Shown here piece after piece: positions 18,551 to 35,528 of a stretch of DNA of 64,000 bases. This DNA comes from an uncultured delta proteobacterium (GTDB lineage: Bacteria; Myxococcota_A; Polyangia; Polyangiales; Polyangiaceae). Below the pieces are notes generated by a model. That model made no database searches and was not told where the DNA came from. It saw only the letters and a list, made by a program, of their open reading frames with translations. Position 1 is the stretch's first letter; each line of letters begins with the position of its first letter. A program made the translations under genes and the position numbers. Where the stretch lies: assembly GCA_963850305.1 (NCBI GenBank), contig CAWKKR010000003.1:1-64000 (forward strand), written 5' to 3'.

Positions 18551-19387
18551 GACGGCGAGACGAAACGATCGCTCGAGCATGGCGACGGATGGGCTTCGCT
18601 CGAGCAGCGCGCGGACGGGTGGAAGCGCGCGCACGTCGAGCCAGCGCAGGCCGTTGATCTCGAGCGGGAAGTCGATCTCGGCCGCGCGCGACGCGCTCGC
18701 ATCCTCCGGCCCGCTCAGACGGTGGATCGCCAGCACCTCACGAAGCTCCGCGACGCCGAGGTTCCGTAGCGCGGTGGCGAGAGGAACGGGCCCGAGGCGG
18801 CGCTCTAGGTCATCGAGACCGATCCGGTCGAACCAGAAGTAGAGCTTGGTGCCGGAGACTCCCTCCGATCCCATGTCGAGGCACAGGAGGTGCAGCGGCT
18901 CGGGACGGGCAATCTCGGTCGGGCTCCGTCCGAGCAGGCGACCCGCCACGTCGAGCGCGATCTCGGACTCGCCCGCGACGAACTGCACGTAGAGCTTCAC
19001 GCGAGCGGCAGCGCTCCCGCGCCCGTGGGCGTACCCGAAGAGGATCTGCTCGAAAGCGCGGGACGGCGCGGCGCGGAGTACCGTGCTAGCGGCTTCGACG
19101 ACATGTGCGCCGAAGGGCCGGCACGTGTCCAGGAGGACGCGCTCCACGGCGTCGCGCTCCCGCCGGATGGTCGGGAACGCGTAAGAAAAGCGGTACAAGT
19201 GCGTTCCTGCGGCGTCGCACGAGAACGACGGCTCGAGGACGTCCGGCCTCTCGTGACGATCGGTTGCGTAGCGAGAGAGGAGCGGCCCGTGAAGTGCCGT
19301 CGCCGTCGAGCCATCGACGCCCTCTGCCGCTGCGAGCCACTCGAGCAGCGAGAGCGTCCGGCCGAGGTCCACGTCGCGCAGGGGCAT
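18550..19387 (-). CDS. Hypothetical protein, possibly ABBA-fold (LynF/TruF-like) prenyltransferase, fused in frame to the integrase half
   Basis: Repeated beta-strand motifs ILFGYA...RVKLYVQF, LHLLCLD...TKLYF; upstream CxxCx5C (HCESCGARGRC) resembles a radical-SAM SPASM tail. Confidence 0.35.
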
Positions 19388-19708
19388 CCGGCAGCGCGGA
19401 TACTCGGGCCGCGTGACGCTGGTGGCCTCGCACCGCCCGCGGGCGCCGCAGCTCTCGCAGTGTGGCATCGGGAACATCGTCAGCCCCGCTCGTGGGGTCG
19501 TGGTGGCGAAATATTCATTTGTTTTGATGCTCCCGCGAGGGCGAGCATGCGGACGAACGAGTGTACCCGATCGGCTGCTGCGATTCGTCGGTGACAAGGA
19601 GTCAGGGCCCGCCCGCCGTCGGCAACCGAACATGGAAGCTGTGTTCGCCAAGGCAAGCCTCGGAGCCGTGTGATTCTGCGCGGATGGGGTGACTTTGTGT
19701 GGGGTCCC

Positions 19709-20912
19709 CGTATGGTGCCGAAACTCGATCGCTCGGGAATCATGCGGCCTCGCGATGATAGTAGCTGAGGGTCCCGCCGAGCCTCTGGCGGCACTTGACC
19801 GCGCCGACGGTATGACGGGCCGAGCCGCTCGGCTCGATCAGCTCGTTGCCGAGCCCCTGGCGGTTGCGCTCCTGGTGGTAGTGCTCGACGTACTCGGCGA
19901 CGATCTTCCGCAGGTGCGCTTCGCCGAGCGGGATCACCTTGCGGAGGCACTCCTGCTTGGCGGACCGCACGAACCGTTCCGCGAACACGTTCAGATCCGG
20001 GCTTCTCGGCGGCAGCTTCACAGTGCTCACGCCGGCGGCCTCGAGTACTTCCGCAAACCGCGCCGTGAACAACGGATCGCGATCGTGAATGAGGTAGCGC
20101 GTCCCGCGCAGGAAGCCGTCGAGCGGGTCGGTCAGGCTCCTCGCCACCTGCTCCATCAAGGTGCCGTACATCTGGTGGACGATCCCCGCGATGTGCACGC
20201 GCCGAGTCTTCAGATCGATCACGAAGAGCACGAAGTAGCGCACGAGGCCGACGTTGGTCACGACCTCCACCGTAAAGAAGTCCGTCGCCGCGACGGCGCC
20301 CCAGTGAGCCTTCAGGAACGTCGCCCAGCTTGTTCGCTTCCCACGTTCCGGCGCGGGCTCAAGCCCCGCGTCCACGAGGATTCGCCGGATCGTGTTCCGC
20401 CCGAGATCGTGGCCGAGATTCCAGAGTGCTCCGCGAATGCGCGTGTAGCCCCAGGTCGGGTTCTCCGAGGCCATCCTGGCTACGAGCTCGGCGAGCGTTG
20501 TCCGCGTGCGCGGGCGCCCCGGGCCGCGACGCTCCGAGCCGTCATACTTCGCAGCCACCAGCTTCCGGTACCAGCCGAGCAGAGTGTCCGGCGTGACGAT
20601 CCCCGCGATGCCTTGGAGACCGGATCGTCCAAGAGCCTTGGCTCGAACGGCCAAGCGTCGGCGCAGGTCATCGGTGAGCCGCAGCCGTCCGCCGCCGCGC
20701 TGCTCGCGGAGGACGCGGTTCTCGGCCAGGAGGTAGTCGATCACGTTCTGCTGGCCACGGTGAATCCAACCGGCGACCGCGAGCACGCAGAAGCGAAACA
20801 GAACGGCGTTCATCTTCCGGCCGATCCTACCTGCTGATGGCCGCTCCCCGAACCCGTGCGAAACCCTGCAAATTCGGCCCGAAGGCGCTCGGTCGAGTTT
20901 CGGCACCATACG
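19709..20912 (-). mobile_element. IS with rve integrase-core transposase (IS3/IS481-like)
   Basis: 23-bp inverted repeats CGTATGGTGCCGAAACTCGA(T/C)CG at both ends. Confidence 0.85.
19740..20813 (-). CDS. Integrase-core (rve) DDE transposase
   Basis: [41 protein letters not shown]. Confidence 0.9.
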   Translation of the reverse strand: MNAVLFRFCVLAVAGWIHRGQQNVIDYLLAENRVLREQRGGGRLRLTDDLRRRLAVRAKALGRSGLQGIAGIVTPDTLLGWYRKLVAAKYDGSERRGPGRPRTRTTLAELVARMASENPTWGYTRIRGALWNLGHDLGRNTIRRILVDAGLEPAPERGKRTSWATFLKAHWGAVAATDFFTVEVVTNVGLVRYFVLFVIDLKTRRVHIAGIVHQMYGTLMEQVARSLTDPLDGFLRGTRYLIHDRDPLFTARFAEVLEAAGVSTVKLPPRSPDLNVFAERFVRSAKQECLRKVIPLGEAHLRKIVAEYVEHYHQERNRQGLGNELIEPSGSARHTVGAVKCRQRLGGTLSYYHREAA

Positions 20913-21112
20913 ACCACAACCTCCCTGTTGATCCTGCCCGTGGCGCGCCGCCCGCGCCGTCGCGCTCCGCTTCGCCGACCGGTTTCGATTCCGTGTCCAG
21001 TCGATGACGTGACCTTTGCGTCCATGAGTCTCCAGGCGAACGCTGGTGCTGCGGGGTTCTCGACCAGGGCGGCCAGTGCTACTGCGGGATCTCACGCGAG
21101 AAGAGGTACCTC

Positions 21113-22144
21113 ATGAGTGGACTGGGTGGATTGAACAAGTCGCCAAACGGTGTGGTCATCGGGCTCGTTCAGCTGCAGCTGCCGAACGTGGTCACGAAGG
21201 AAGACCTCGACGCGCAGTGCCAGCGCATCTCGGCGCTGGTCGGCAAGGCACGACGGAACATGCCTTCGATGGACCTCGTGGTGTTCCCCGAGTACTCGCT
21301 GCACGGCCTGTCGATGGACACGAATCCGGACGTCATGTGCACGCTGGATGGCCCGGAGGTTCGCGCCTTCGCGGCGGCGTGCCGCGAGCACCGGATCTGG
21401 GGCTGCTTCTCCATCATGGAGCTCAATCCGGGCGGAATGCCGTACAACAGCGGCATCATCCTCGACGACACCGGGGCCCTCCGGCTCTACTACCGGAAGC
21501 TCCACCCGTGGGTTCCGGTCGAACCGTGGGAGCCCGGCAACCTGGGCATCCCCGTCTGCGAAGGGCCGAACGGCAGCAAGCTGTCGCTCATCATCTGCCA
21601 CGACGGCATGTTCCCGGAGATGGCGCGCGAGTGCGCGTACAAGGGCGCGGACCTCGTCATCCGGACGGCGGGCTACACGGCACCCATTCGTCACACCTGG
21701 AAGATCACGAACCAGGCCAACGCCTTCACGAACCTCGTCTACACGGCGTCGGTGTGCATGTGCGGGACCGACGGCACGTTCGACTCGATGGGGGAGGGCA
21801 TGATCGTTGGTTTCGACGGCGTCCCGATGGTGACGGGCAGCGGGAGACCGGACGAGATCATCACCGGTGAATTCCGGCCCGATCTGGTGCGCGAAGCGCG
21901 CCGCGTGTGGGGCGTCGAGAACAACATCTATCAGTTCGGCCACCGCGGGTACGTCGCGGTGAAGGGCGGCGCCCAAGATTGTCCGTACACGTACATGCAG
22001 GACCTCGTCGCGGGCCGTTACGTGCTCCCCTGGGAGCGGGACGTGGTTCACACCGATGGCACGTCTTGTGGGTTCGCGCCGCCGACGAGGGAATACGAGG
22101 GCGCGCCCGAGAGCAGGCCGGCACCGAAAGCCGCGAACGCCTGA
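21113..22144 (+). CDS. amiF: Formamidase (nitrilase superfamily)
   Basis: MSGLGGLNKS..., FPEYSLHG, YRKLHPW, IICHDGMFPE (E-K-C triad). Confidence 0.9.
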   Translation: MSGLGGLNKSPNGVVIGLVQLQLPNVVTKEDLDAQCQRISALVGKARRNMPSMDLVVFPEYSLHGLSMDTNPDVMCTLDGPEVRAFAAACREHRIWGCFSIMELNPGGMPYNSGIILDDTGALRLYYRKLHPWVPVEPWEPGNLGIPVCEGPNGSKLSLIICHDGMFPEMARECAYKGADLVIRTAGYTAPIRHTWKITNQANAFTNLVYTASVCMCGTDGTFDSMGEGMIVGFDGVPMVTGSGRPDEIITGEFRPDLVREARRVWGVENNIYQFGHRGYVAVKGGAQDCPYTYMQDLVAGRYVLPWERDVVHTDGTSCGFAPPTREYEGAPESRPAPKAANA

Positions 22145-22386
22145 GCGTCGCCAAGGCCGCACGTCGTGGATCTGACGTGGACGGGAGCGGTCGGTGTCAG
22201 CTCGCCAGTTTCCTTCCTCGTCTGCGTGGTCGAGGCGTTCGAGGATCGCCGGAAGCCGTCGGACGATTCAGCAGCGTGACGTTCTGAGAAATCGACCGGC
22301 AACATCGTTAGCGCCGAAAGATCGATGGCGTTCTGCCAGAGGCAGACCGATCATCCGGATCGCGAGCTAGTCGAACAGAAGATAGG

Positions 22387-23145
22387 ATGACCATCCCAGC
22401 ACCAACGCAGAGCCCGAGCTCGCAAAAACGGCTCGCGAGAGTCGCAGGGGTCCTCTACCTACTCGTCGGCATCTTTGGCGGCTTTTCCGAGGGATTTGTA
22501 GACCCCAAGATGTACGCCGCCGGCAACGCGACAGCCACGGCAGGAAACGTCGTCGCACGCTCCGGACTCGTCCGCATGGGCGTCGTCGCCCACTTGCTCG
22601 ATGGGACGTTCTTCGTCTTCCTTGCTATGGCCCTCTACGTCCTGCTTGAGCAGGTGCACAAGAGCGTGGCGAGGGCAATGCTGATCCTTGTCGCACTCGC
22701 GACCGGCATCATCTGTCTCAACGCGGTCTTCCTGTTCGAGGGCTTGCAAGTCGCGACCGGCAGCTCTTATGCGACTGCCTTCGGCACCAAGGGTTCGAAC
22801 GCCCTGGTGCTGCTCTTGCTCGACACCCAGCACTACGGGACTCTCGTCGCACAGGTCTTCTTCGGCCTGTGGCTCGTGCCGCTGGGCTATCTTGTGTACA
22901 GGTCAGGGCTGTTCGCCAAGTGGCTCGGGGGCGTGCTCATCGTGGGAGGCGTCTGCTACCTCGTGGACCTGCTCGCAGCGTTCCTGACCCCCGACCTCAG
23001 CAGAGAGATTCACGCCTTCGTCATCATCCCTTCAGCGGTCGCCGAAGTCTCGATGGTCCTGTACCTGCTCGTTGTTGGCGTGAAGACCCCGTACGGGATC
23101 GCGACGCCGGCCCGCGGGCGGCCGCGACAGAGCCCGCTTGAATGA
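22387..23145 (+). CDS. DUF4386 membrane protein
   Basis: ARVAGVLYL..., FFGLWLVPLGYLVYRSG...LG..L..GG..Y. Confidence 0.8.
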   Translation: MTIPAPTQSPSSQKRLARVAGVLYLLVGIFGGFSEGFVDPKMYAAGNATATAGNVVARSGLVRMGVVAHLLDGTFFVFLAMALYVLLEQVHKSVARAMLILVALATGIICLNAVFLFEGLQVATGSSYATAFGTKGSNALVLLLLDTQHYGTLVAQVFFGLWLVPLGYLVYRSGLFAKWLGGVLIVGGVCYLVDLLAAFLTPDLSREIHAFVIIPSAVAEVSMVLYLLVVGVKTPYGIATPARGRPRQSPLE

Positions 23146-23446
23146 GGCCGCTCCGCATCGGCTCAACGTCGTTGGCGGCTTCTACGTCGAGGACGGCTGC
23201 TGCATCGCGTGCGGCGTGCCAGCCGCGAACGCGCCGGAGCTCTTCGCATGGGACGAGTCGGGTCATTGCTACGTGAGCAGACAACCGAGCAACGCGACAG
23301 AGCTGGGCCAAATCCTTGCCGCGATGGGCTCCGCGGAGGTCGACTGTATCCGGTACCGCGGAGCTGACCGCGGCGTCGTGCGCGCACTCTGCGAACACGG
23401 ACATGCCGAGCAGGTCGATGCCGTCGCCGACGGCCTACCCCGTTGA
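23138..23446 (+). CDS. Single-cluster ferredoxin
   Basis: NVVGGFYVEDGCCIACGVP...APELF...CYVSRQP. Confidence 0.75.
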   Translation: MNEAAPHRLNVVGGFYVEDGCCIACGVPAANAPELFAWDESGHCYVSRQPSNATELGQILAAMGSAEVDCIRYRGADRGVVRALCEHGHAEQVDAVADGLPR

Positions 23447-23592
23447 GCGCGCTCGACGTCGTCAAGGCGAGCACGCTTCGGCGGCTCGGGAAGCCCACGC
23501 TAGCAGGTTGTCTCGCGTTGCTCGCCGTCGTGATCATCGGGGTCGCGGCGAGCGTCGGATGGATGTTCTTCGGGCGGCGCTGGATCAGGTGA
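23443..23592 (+). CDS. Small membrane peptide (49 aa)
   Basis: TTG start overlapping the ferredoxin stop; one hydrophobic helix and a basic tail. Confidence 0.35.
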   Translation: MSALDVVKASTLRRLGKPTLAGCLALLAVVIIGVAASVGWMFFGRRWIR

Positions 23593-23762
23593 TCACGGGC
23601 GAAGCTCAGGACTTGTTCGTTAGAACGGTGGTCAGCCTTTGCCGCACGGGCTCGGTCGCCCGCTCGGGTCGGCCGAGCGCGCGGACGAGTCGGCTTGCTA
23701 TGGCGGATGAAGGCGCCCATTGTCGGCACAAAGGTGGCAATCGCCATCGAGCGGAGGCACCC

Positions 23763-23897
23763 ATGGGCGACAAATCGCCGAAGTCGAAGCAGAAGGACAA
23801 AAGTCAGAAGGACGCCGCCAAGGCGCAGTCCAAGAATGATCAGGCGAAGCGCCAGGCGGGCTACGCCTCCGCGGCGGGCAAAGAGAAGAAGAAGTAG
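23763..23897 (+). CDS. Small Lys-rich protein (44 aa, MGDKSPKSKQK...)
   Basis: GGAGG RBS; sigma54-like CGGCACAAAGGTGGCA at 23724-23739. Confidence 0.65.
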   Translation: MGDKSPKSKQKDKSQKDAAKAQSKNDQAKRQAGYASAAGKEKKK

Positions 23898-24020
23898 CGC
23901 GGCGTCGTCGTGACGCGCCCGGAAACGGTGCGGACCCCGAACACGACGGTCCGCGGTGCGAGCGTGTGACGCCGGGGACCGCACGGTCCCTCGATGAGTC
24001 CCGCGCCGCGAGAAGTCCGC

Positions 24021-24839
24021 ATGCAAATCCGAGTTGGATACGAGCTCTTTTATGAGCTGGCTCAGCCGACGCCGATGATCCTGAACCTGAACGTCCACTA
24101 TTCGCGTGCGTCGGATCTGGTGCGACCCGACCACATGATCACGAACCCGTCGGTGCCCTTTCACGCCTACCGCGACGGCTTCGGAAACTGGTGCAGTCGC
24201 CTGGTCGCGCCCGCCGGGCAGTTCCGTGTCGCGTCGGAAGCCGTCTTGAACGACAGCGGCACGCCGGACGTGGTCTCCCCGTGGGCCATGCAGCACCCGG
24301 TCGAGGCGCTACCGGAAGAGACGCTCGTCTTTCTTCTCGGCAGTCGATATTGCGAGACGGATCGTCTGTCGGAGCTCGCCTGGAGCTTGTTCGGGCACTC
24401 GCCGCCGGGGTGGGGCCGCGTGCAGGCGATCTGCGATTTCGTGCATCGTCACATCACGTTCGGCTACGAGCACGCGAGCCCGACGAAGACGGCGTGGGAG
24501 GTTTACAACGTGCCGCGCGGCGTCTGTCGCGACTTCGCGCACCTCGCCGTCGCGTTCTGTCGCTCGGTGAACATCCCGGCGCGGTATTGCACCGGCTATC
24601 TCGGAGACATCGGCATGCCGCCGCCGCCGTACGCACCGATGGACTTCGCCGCGTGGTTCGAGGCGTTTCTCGGCGGGCAGTGGCACACGTTCGATCCGCG
24701 AAACAACCAGCCGCGCATCGGACGCGTCCTCATCGCGCGCGGTCGCGACGCCGCGGACGTCGCGATCAGCACGACGTTCGGCCCGAATACGTTGCAGCGC
24801 TTCGTCGTCATCACGGAAGAAGTTCAGGGCACTTCTTGA
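24021..24839 (+). CDS. Transglutaminase-like protein
   Basis: GSRYCETD, GVCRDFAHL, PARYCTGYLGD, DFAAWFE, FDPR. Confidence 0.9.
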   Translation: MQIRVGYELFYELAQPTPMILNLNVHYSRASDLVRPDHMITNPSVPFHAYRDGFGNWCSRLVAPAGQFRVASEAVLNDSGTPDVVSPWAMQHPVEALPEETLVFLLGSRYCETDRLSELAWSLFGHSPPGWGRVQAICDFVHRHITFGYEHASPTKTAWEVYNVPRGVCRDFAHLAVAFCRSVNIPARYCTGYLGDIGMPPPPYAPMDFAAWFEAFLGGQWHTFDPRNNQPRIGRVLIARGRDAADVAISTTFGPNTLQRFVVITEEVQGTS

Positions 24840-24974
24840 CAAGCAACGGATAGGCCGTAGGTTGGCCGCTCGCCGTCGGCGCTCTCAGTCGAGCGCCGCT
24901 CGCGACCAGCACGCGGATCCGCGAGCGCCGCTCGTATTTTCGAGTCGACGACGGATCGAGGGAAGGTTCGGACC

Positions 24975-25265
24975 ATGAAGATGCGCCCGCTACGGGATCG
25001 TGTGATCTTGAAGAGGATCAAAGAGGAAGAGAAGACGCAGGGCGGGATCATCATTCCGGACACCGCCAAGGAGAAGCCCGTCGAGGCGGTGGTCGTCGCC
25101 ATCGGAAGCGGCAAGGTTCTCGACGACGGCACGGTGCGCGCGCTCGAGGTGAAGGCGGGGGACACGGTGCTGTTCGCCAAGTACACGGGCAGCGAGATCA
25201 AGCTCGGCGGCGAAGAGCACGTCATCATGCGCGAGGACGACATCCTGGCGGTGCTCGAAGCGTGA
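24975..25265 (+). CDS. groES: Co-chaperonin GroES
   Basis: RPLRDRV...[13 protein letters not shown]...FAKYTG...REDDILA. Confidence 0.97.
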   Translation: MKMRPLRDRVILKRIKEEEKTQGGIIIPDTAKEKPVEAVVVAIGSGKVLDDGTVRALEVKAGDTVLFAKYTGSEIKLGGEEHVIMREDDILAVLEA

Positions 25266-25283
25266 GCCATAGCGGCGTCGTGA

Positions 25284-26933
<1,650 letters not shown>

Positions 26934-27881
26934 CCGCGGAGCGCGTCGCTCGCCAGCGCTTCGGCGGAGGAGCGACGGGAACGACGCAATCCGGAGCGTG
27001 CTGCGATACCCCGCCCACCTGCAACCCGGGCGACATCGAGTTCGGGAGCGGGCAAGATTGCTCACCCTACTTCGCCGGGTGTTACTCCGTGAGCCGCTGT
27101 GGCGCGACCGGGTGGTGCGAGCCCTTCGGTGCCGGAGTCCATGAAGACGTCGGCCTTCGCAGACGCCGCGAGGTTACTGGCCGCGGTGGTCAACACGGCG
27201 TGCATGTTCATCGGGTCAAGACGGTCGGCGACCGTCCGGTGCGGAGGCCGACCTTCGGCCTGGCCGGATACAGCCGGAACCGGGGCCGTCCCCATCCTCG
27301 TTTACGGATCAGCTTGCGCCAGGTCAGGTTCATGCCGTGTACGGCGCGAAATCCTCGAGCGGCTCGTCGAAATCGTCACGCAAGTGGAGCAGATCCTTCG
27401 CCGCGCCGAAACGCGGCCGCGATGAGGTTCCCGCGGCAAGAAGCCGTGCCACGGGCTCGTCGGCACGGGTTTAGGAGCACCTCTTCCCCGGCCTGAACCC
27501 GCCCGGGCAGCTCGGCGAGCATTGCGGGCAGATCACGCAGCAGCGAAACGTCAGGTCGACGCAGGCACCGCTGCAGCGAGCAGGACGCCTCACACCCGCG
27601 CCCTGCGTCCCGCGCGTTCGAATTCTGAAGGCGCGATGAAGGTTTCTTCAGATGAGAGGCGTCGCGCAACGCATGAGCTCGGTTTTCGCGCTCTTCAAAT
27701 ATCCGGAATAACTTGGACTGCCCTTGGATCGAGCGCGAGCGAGCCCTTCGAAGAGGGCGTGAGGCCTCCCCCGATGCCGGCCGAGTTGATGTAGATAATT
27801 GGTGGGCTTTCCTTTTGTCCGTCGATTCTTTTCCAGCCGTGCCTGCTGGCGAGCGTGGAGAGCGACCCTTGGAGAGACGTG

Positions 27882-30800
27882 ATGCAATCAATGACGACGA
27901 ACAAACTGCTGGGCACCTCGATCTTGGGCGCGGTGGTCGCGGCCACGTTGCTGACGCCGCCAGCGTCCGCCGTTGTCGTCCAGGTGAACGGGGAGATTAT
28001 CCCCGATTGTGCCGACAACATCGCGTATGCGCTCGCGCGCGGTGAGCTCGCCGGAAACGTCTCCACGAACTGTCCGAGTCAGTTTCCATTGGGGAGTCCC
28101 GCATGCTGGTCCCAGGCGGCGGGCGGCGTCGCAGATTGCACGGGAACGGCCGCGCCCACCGTTCCGGTAAATACGGGAGCGCAAGGATCGCAAGGGCCAC
28201 TGAACCCCGTGAACGACGCGAGCGTGAACCCGCAGGTGTTCGCGATCCCGAAGGTCGCCGGGGCCGGGAACACGACGGTGTTTGGAAAGGTCACCGCAAC
28301 GTTCATTTGGAGGAACACCGCTTATTATCGAAATTCCTTCGGTTGGTACAACGTCGGCGACGACGTCACGACCCTCACGAATCTGCACCCGATCCTGCCG
28401 AGTTGGCCGCCTCCACCGCCGGGCACCACGCCCTATGACCAAGCGGGCGAGGGGGCCCCATTCCAGGCGACCGTTGACTTCCAGGCGCAGTTCACCGCCG
28501 GCACCTACAAAGGTGGTTTCGTAGGGTTCTATCTGATGACGCCGGAAAGCCAGGCGGACGTGAATACCACGACCTATCCGAACTGGGACACCTGCAACGT
28601 AGATGGGAACCCCCGCGGCTATTACCCGTACGCCGGCACCTATAGCGGCCACGCGAGGAATCCGCCGACGCCGCCGGCGAATTCGTGCGTCGGCTACATG
28701 TACTTCACCGAGAGCGCGCTCAACGGCGACGGCAACTACGTCCATTCCCTCATCTACCAGACGAAGGTGCTGGACCCGACATTGGTCCGATTCAGCGATT
28801 TCTACTTCAGCTTCGAGGACACGTACCGGTCGAACGACATCGGCTACGCCGATAACACGATTTTCGTGCAGGGACTCGTCACGCCTTGCGTCCCGAAGCC
28901 AGAGATCTGTAACGGCCTGGATGACGACTGCGACGGCGTCATCGACAACAACCCCGTGGACGCCAGCGGATCCTGCTCCCAGATCGCCAACAATCATCCA
29001 GGGGTCGGCATCTGCAAGGCGGGCACGGAAGTCTGCCGGCTGCCAGTGGCGCAGGGTGGTGTCGCGGGCACGCCGGGCCACTCGTCGAACGATGCGCTCT
29101 TCTGCGACGGTGAGGTCGGACCCGCGCAGGAAGCGTGCGATGGGCTCGACGATAACTGCGACGGCGTGGTGGACGACCCGAACGGAGTGACCGATCCGAC
29201 GAAGCAAGTCTGGGGGGCCACGACGAACTCGGTTCCGCTCCCGAACGAATGCGCTTCTCTCCTCGGGTCTTGCCTGGGGTCGACGGAATGCGTGAACGGC
29301 ACGCCGACGTGCGTCGACACGGACGGTCCTGCCCCGGAAAAGTGCGACGGCAAGGACGACAACTGCAACGGTATCATCGACGACAATCCATCCGACGTCG
29401 GCGCGCCGTGCTACCCGCCTGGTGGTACGCCCGTCGGCATCTGCAAGGCCGGTGTCACGGTCTGTCTGCCTGGAAACAGCGCGAGCGACACGCTTCAATG
29501 CCAGGGCTGGGTCGGTCCGGATAAGAGCGAGGTTTGCAACGGCCTCGACGACAACTGCAACGGCAAGGTCGACGACAATCCGGTCGACGTGGGCCCGTCC
29601 TTTCCGTGCACGCCTGCAGGTGTGAGCGGCGTCTGCACGCCGGGCTACTTCGTGTGCGTGAACGGCGCGCGCGTGTGTGCAAACTTCGGCTTCGGCACGC
29701 CCGAGACGTGTAACGGCAAGGACGACAACTGTGACGGTATCATCGACGACAATCCGATCGATGCGAACCTGCCGTGCGGTAGCTCGGTCGGTGCGTGCAA
29801 GCAGGGCACGCTCACCTGCCGCTTGCCGAACAGCAATGGCGGACAACCCGACGTGCCGGGGCATTCAGCCGGGGACGTGCTCATTTGCGACGGCGCGACG
29901 GGGCCCACCGCCGAACAGTGCGACGGGATCGATAACAACTGCGACGGCGTCGTCGATGACGGTCCCGACGGCACCCCGAACTCGCTCCCCGGCGTCGGAG
30001 TGGACTGCTCGACGAGCTGTGGAAACGGCAAGACGGTATGTAAGGACGGCTCGATTCAATGCGTCGGGACGAGCGGCGGCACCGTCGAGGTGTGCAATGG
30101 TGTCGACGACGATTGCGATGGAATCATCGACGACAATCCGATCGACGCGGGCGGACCGTGCGGGACCATCGTCATCAATTCGTCAGTGCCGCAGAATCCC
30201 GATTGCAAGCTGGGAACGCTGGTGTGCCGGCTTCCGGATAGTCAGGGCGGCGTCCCGGGTCAGCCGGGACACAGCATCGGCGATCAACTAGAGTGCGACG
30301 GCCAGGTCGCGGGGTCTCCGGAAGAGTGCAACGGGATCGACGACGACTGCAACGGCGTCGTTGACGACAACGTGCCGGGCCAGGGCGCGCCGTGCCCGCC
30401 GGCGGGGCTGACGCTGCCGCTCACCGGCGAGTGCCGTCCGGGTGAACTCTTCTGTATCGGCGGGTCGATGAAGTGCGAAGGTGCCATCGGACCGTCGGCG
30501 CCCGTGTGCGACGGCAAGGACCATAATTGCGACGGCCAGATGGATGTTGGTCCCTGCGCGAATCCGCTGGACCAGTGCATTCGCGGCGCGTGCAGGCCCC
30601 CGTGTGGCGAGGGGGAGTTTTCGAATTGCCCGGGCGGTACGACCTGCGCCGGGGGTTACTGCGTGCCACCTGACTGCACGTCGACGTGTGGCGCGGGCAC
30701 CGTCTGCAATCTCACAACGGGACAATGCGACGAAACCGATGGTGGCGGAGCCACGGCGTCTGCCGGAGGTGGCGGGTCGATGTCGACCCCCGATGGCGGC

Positions 30801-31093
30801 GCATCGCTCAACGCCGGAGGAGCGTCGAGCGGCGGCGGCGCGCCTGACGCCGGGACACTCGCGGGTGCCGGTGGATCGGGACGAGCGGGTTCGACGGGTT
30901 CGAGCGGAGGCGGGAACATGATACCGCCCCTCGCACCCCCCGATACGTACGGCCTCGCGACGGGTGGGGGTGGGTGTGCGTGTCGAGCAACGCCAGCGCG
31001 GACTTCAGGTGAGCCTCTCCTCGCCGCGGTGCTTGTCGGAGGCGTTCTCTTCCGACGAAGATCACGACGGCCCTCACGAGGAGGGAGGCGCTG

Positions 31094-31094
<1 letters not shown>
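27882..31094 (+). CDS. Secreted Cys-rich surface protein: DUF4114-like N-domain, 9 MopE-like repeats, MYXO-CTERM
   Basis: Signal peptide; NSFGWYN...FSFED; ExCxGxDxxCxG x9; GGGGCAC-hydrophobic-RRR tail. Confidence 0.8.
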
Positions 31095-34528
<3,434 letters not shown>

Positions 34529-34569
34529 TTTCCTGGCGGGGGACACCCGCTTGCAGTCGCGGCCGCCGC

Positions 34570-34719
34570 AGCGCCGGGTGGGGTCGTCCGCGAGCCTCTG
34601 ACAGGTCGATTCAATGCCGGTGAGGCAGCGGTCGCACTGTTCCGCGCCCACGTTTCCAGCGTGTAAGCGCCGATGGCACGCAGGTCCGCTCGTGCCTTGG
34701 CTGAGAACCGATACTTCAC
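34570..34719 (-). pseudogene. ParE toxin fragment
   Basis: MKYRFSAKARADLRAIGAYTLETW..EQ...L..I...CQRLADDP, then truncated. Confidence 0.7.
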
Positions 34720-34722
34720 GAG

Positions 34723-34960
34723 CTAGCGCGCCGATGGCGCCAAGCCGAGTTCGGCACGGACGCTGGCAAACGGATCGTCCTCGAAGTCCGGACTTGCGTC
34801 GCCCTCTTCGATGGCGGCGCGGAGCTTGGCCAGCTTGGCGTCGTAGCGTTGCTGCTCGCGCTCCAGCGCTGCGACACCGGCGCGCACCACATCCTCGACG
34901 CTCGCGAAACGTCCCACGGCAACCTGCTCTTCTGCGATCTGCGCCAGATCCTCGAACGGC
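34723..34960 (-). pseudogene. ParD-like (CopG/RHH) antitoxin with damaged 5' end
   Basis: EEQVAVGRFASVEDVVRAGV..LE...KLAKLRAAIEEGDAS. Confidence 0.7.
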
Positions 34961-35528
34961 CGCCTGCCCGACGCGGAGCCCCCACGGTTTCGCCGGCATC
35001 AACATTCCTCTCGATCGCATTCCATGCTGCCCCGGGGAAACGGAGAGAGAGCATAGCGTGCGCGTCCGCCCCATGAGCATGAGCGGCCCGCCGAGCGGGG
35101 AACCGGCCGCAAAACGACGCTCGCATCGCGCCGTAGGTGATGTCCCCTGAAAACCCTTCTTGCTCATGATCGGCTCTCCGTAGAAGCCGAGCGAACCTGC
35201 GTCGACTTCGTTAAGTACGAGCTTAGGGCGCTCTCTTCGAATTTCCCGCCCTCAGGCCACTGAAACTCATGTCTCGCGGACGATCTCGAGCGCCATCGCC
35301 TCGACGAACCCGTGGTCCACGTCCGCCGGCAGAGCAGAGCCCGAGGACGAGCTCACGGTCGCTCACGGTGGCCGGGTTGATCCGTCGCGGCCAGCAGAAC
35401 GCCATCGAGTACCTCGTGATGGAGCCACACTACGGGTACCACGCGATAGTCACGCTCCACGATGCGGCTCAGGAGCCACGGTAGAGCTCGAGCGACGGCA
35501 GGCGGCCCCGGGTGCGTGAAGCTCGGCC

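Noticed and set aside
24877..24898. CIRCE element before groES
   Set aside because: CGGCGCTC-N6-GAGCGCCG has a 6-nt rather than 9-nt spacer and diverged arms; may just be a hairpin
27099..27425. Possible degenerate receiver-domain gene after groEL
   Set aside because: Only a weak VPILV-like motif; cannot be supported
35225..35262. tRNA 3' fragment (TTCGAATTTCCCGCCCTCAGGCCA)
   Set aside because: No T-stem pairing; too degenerate to call
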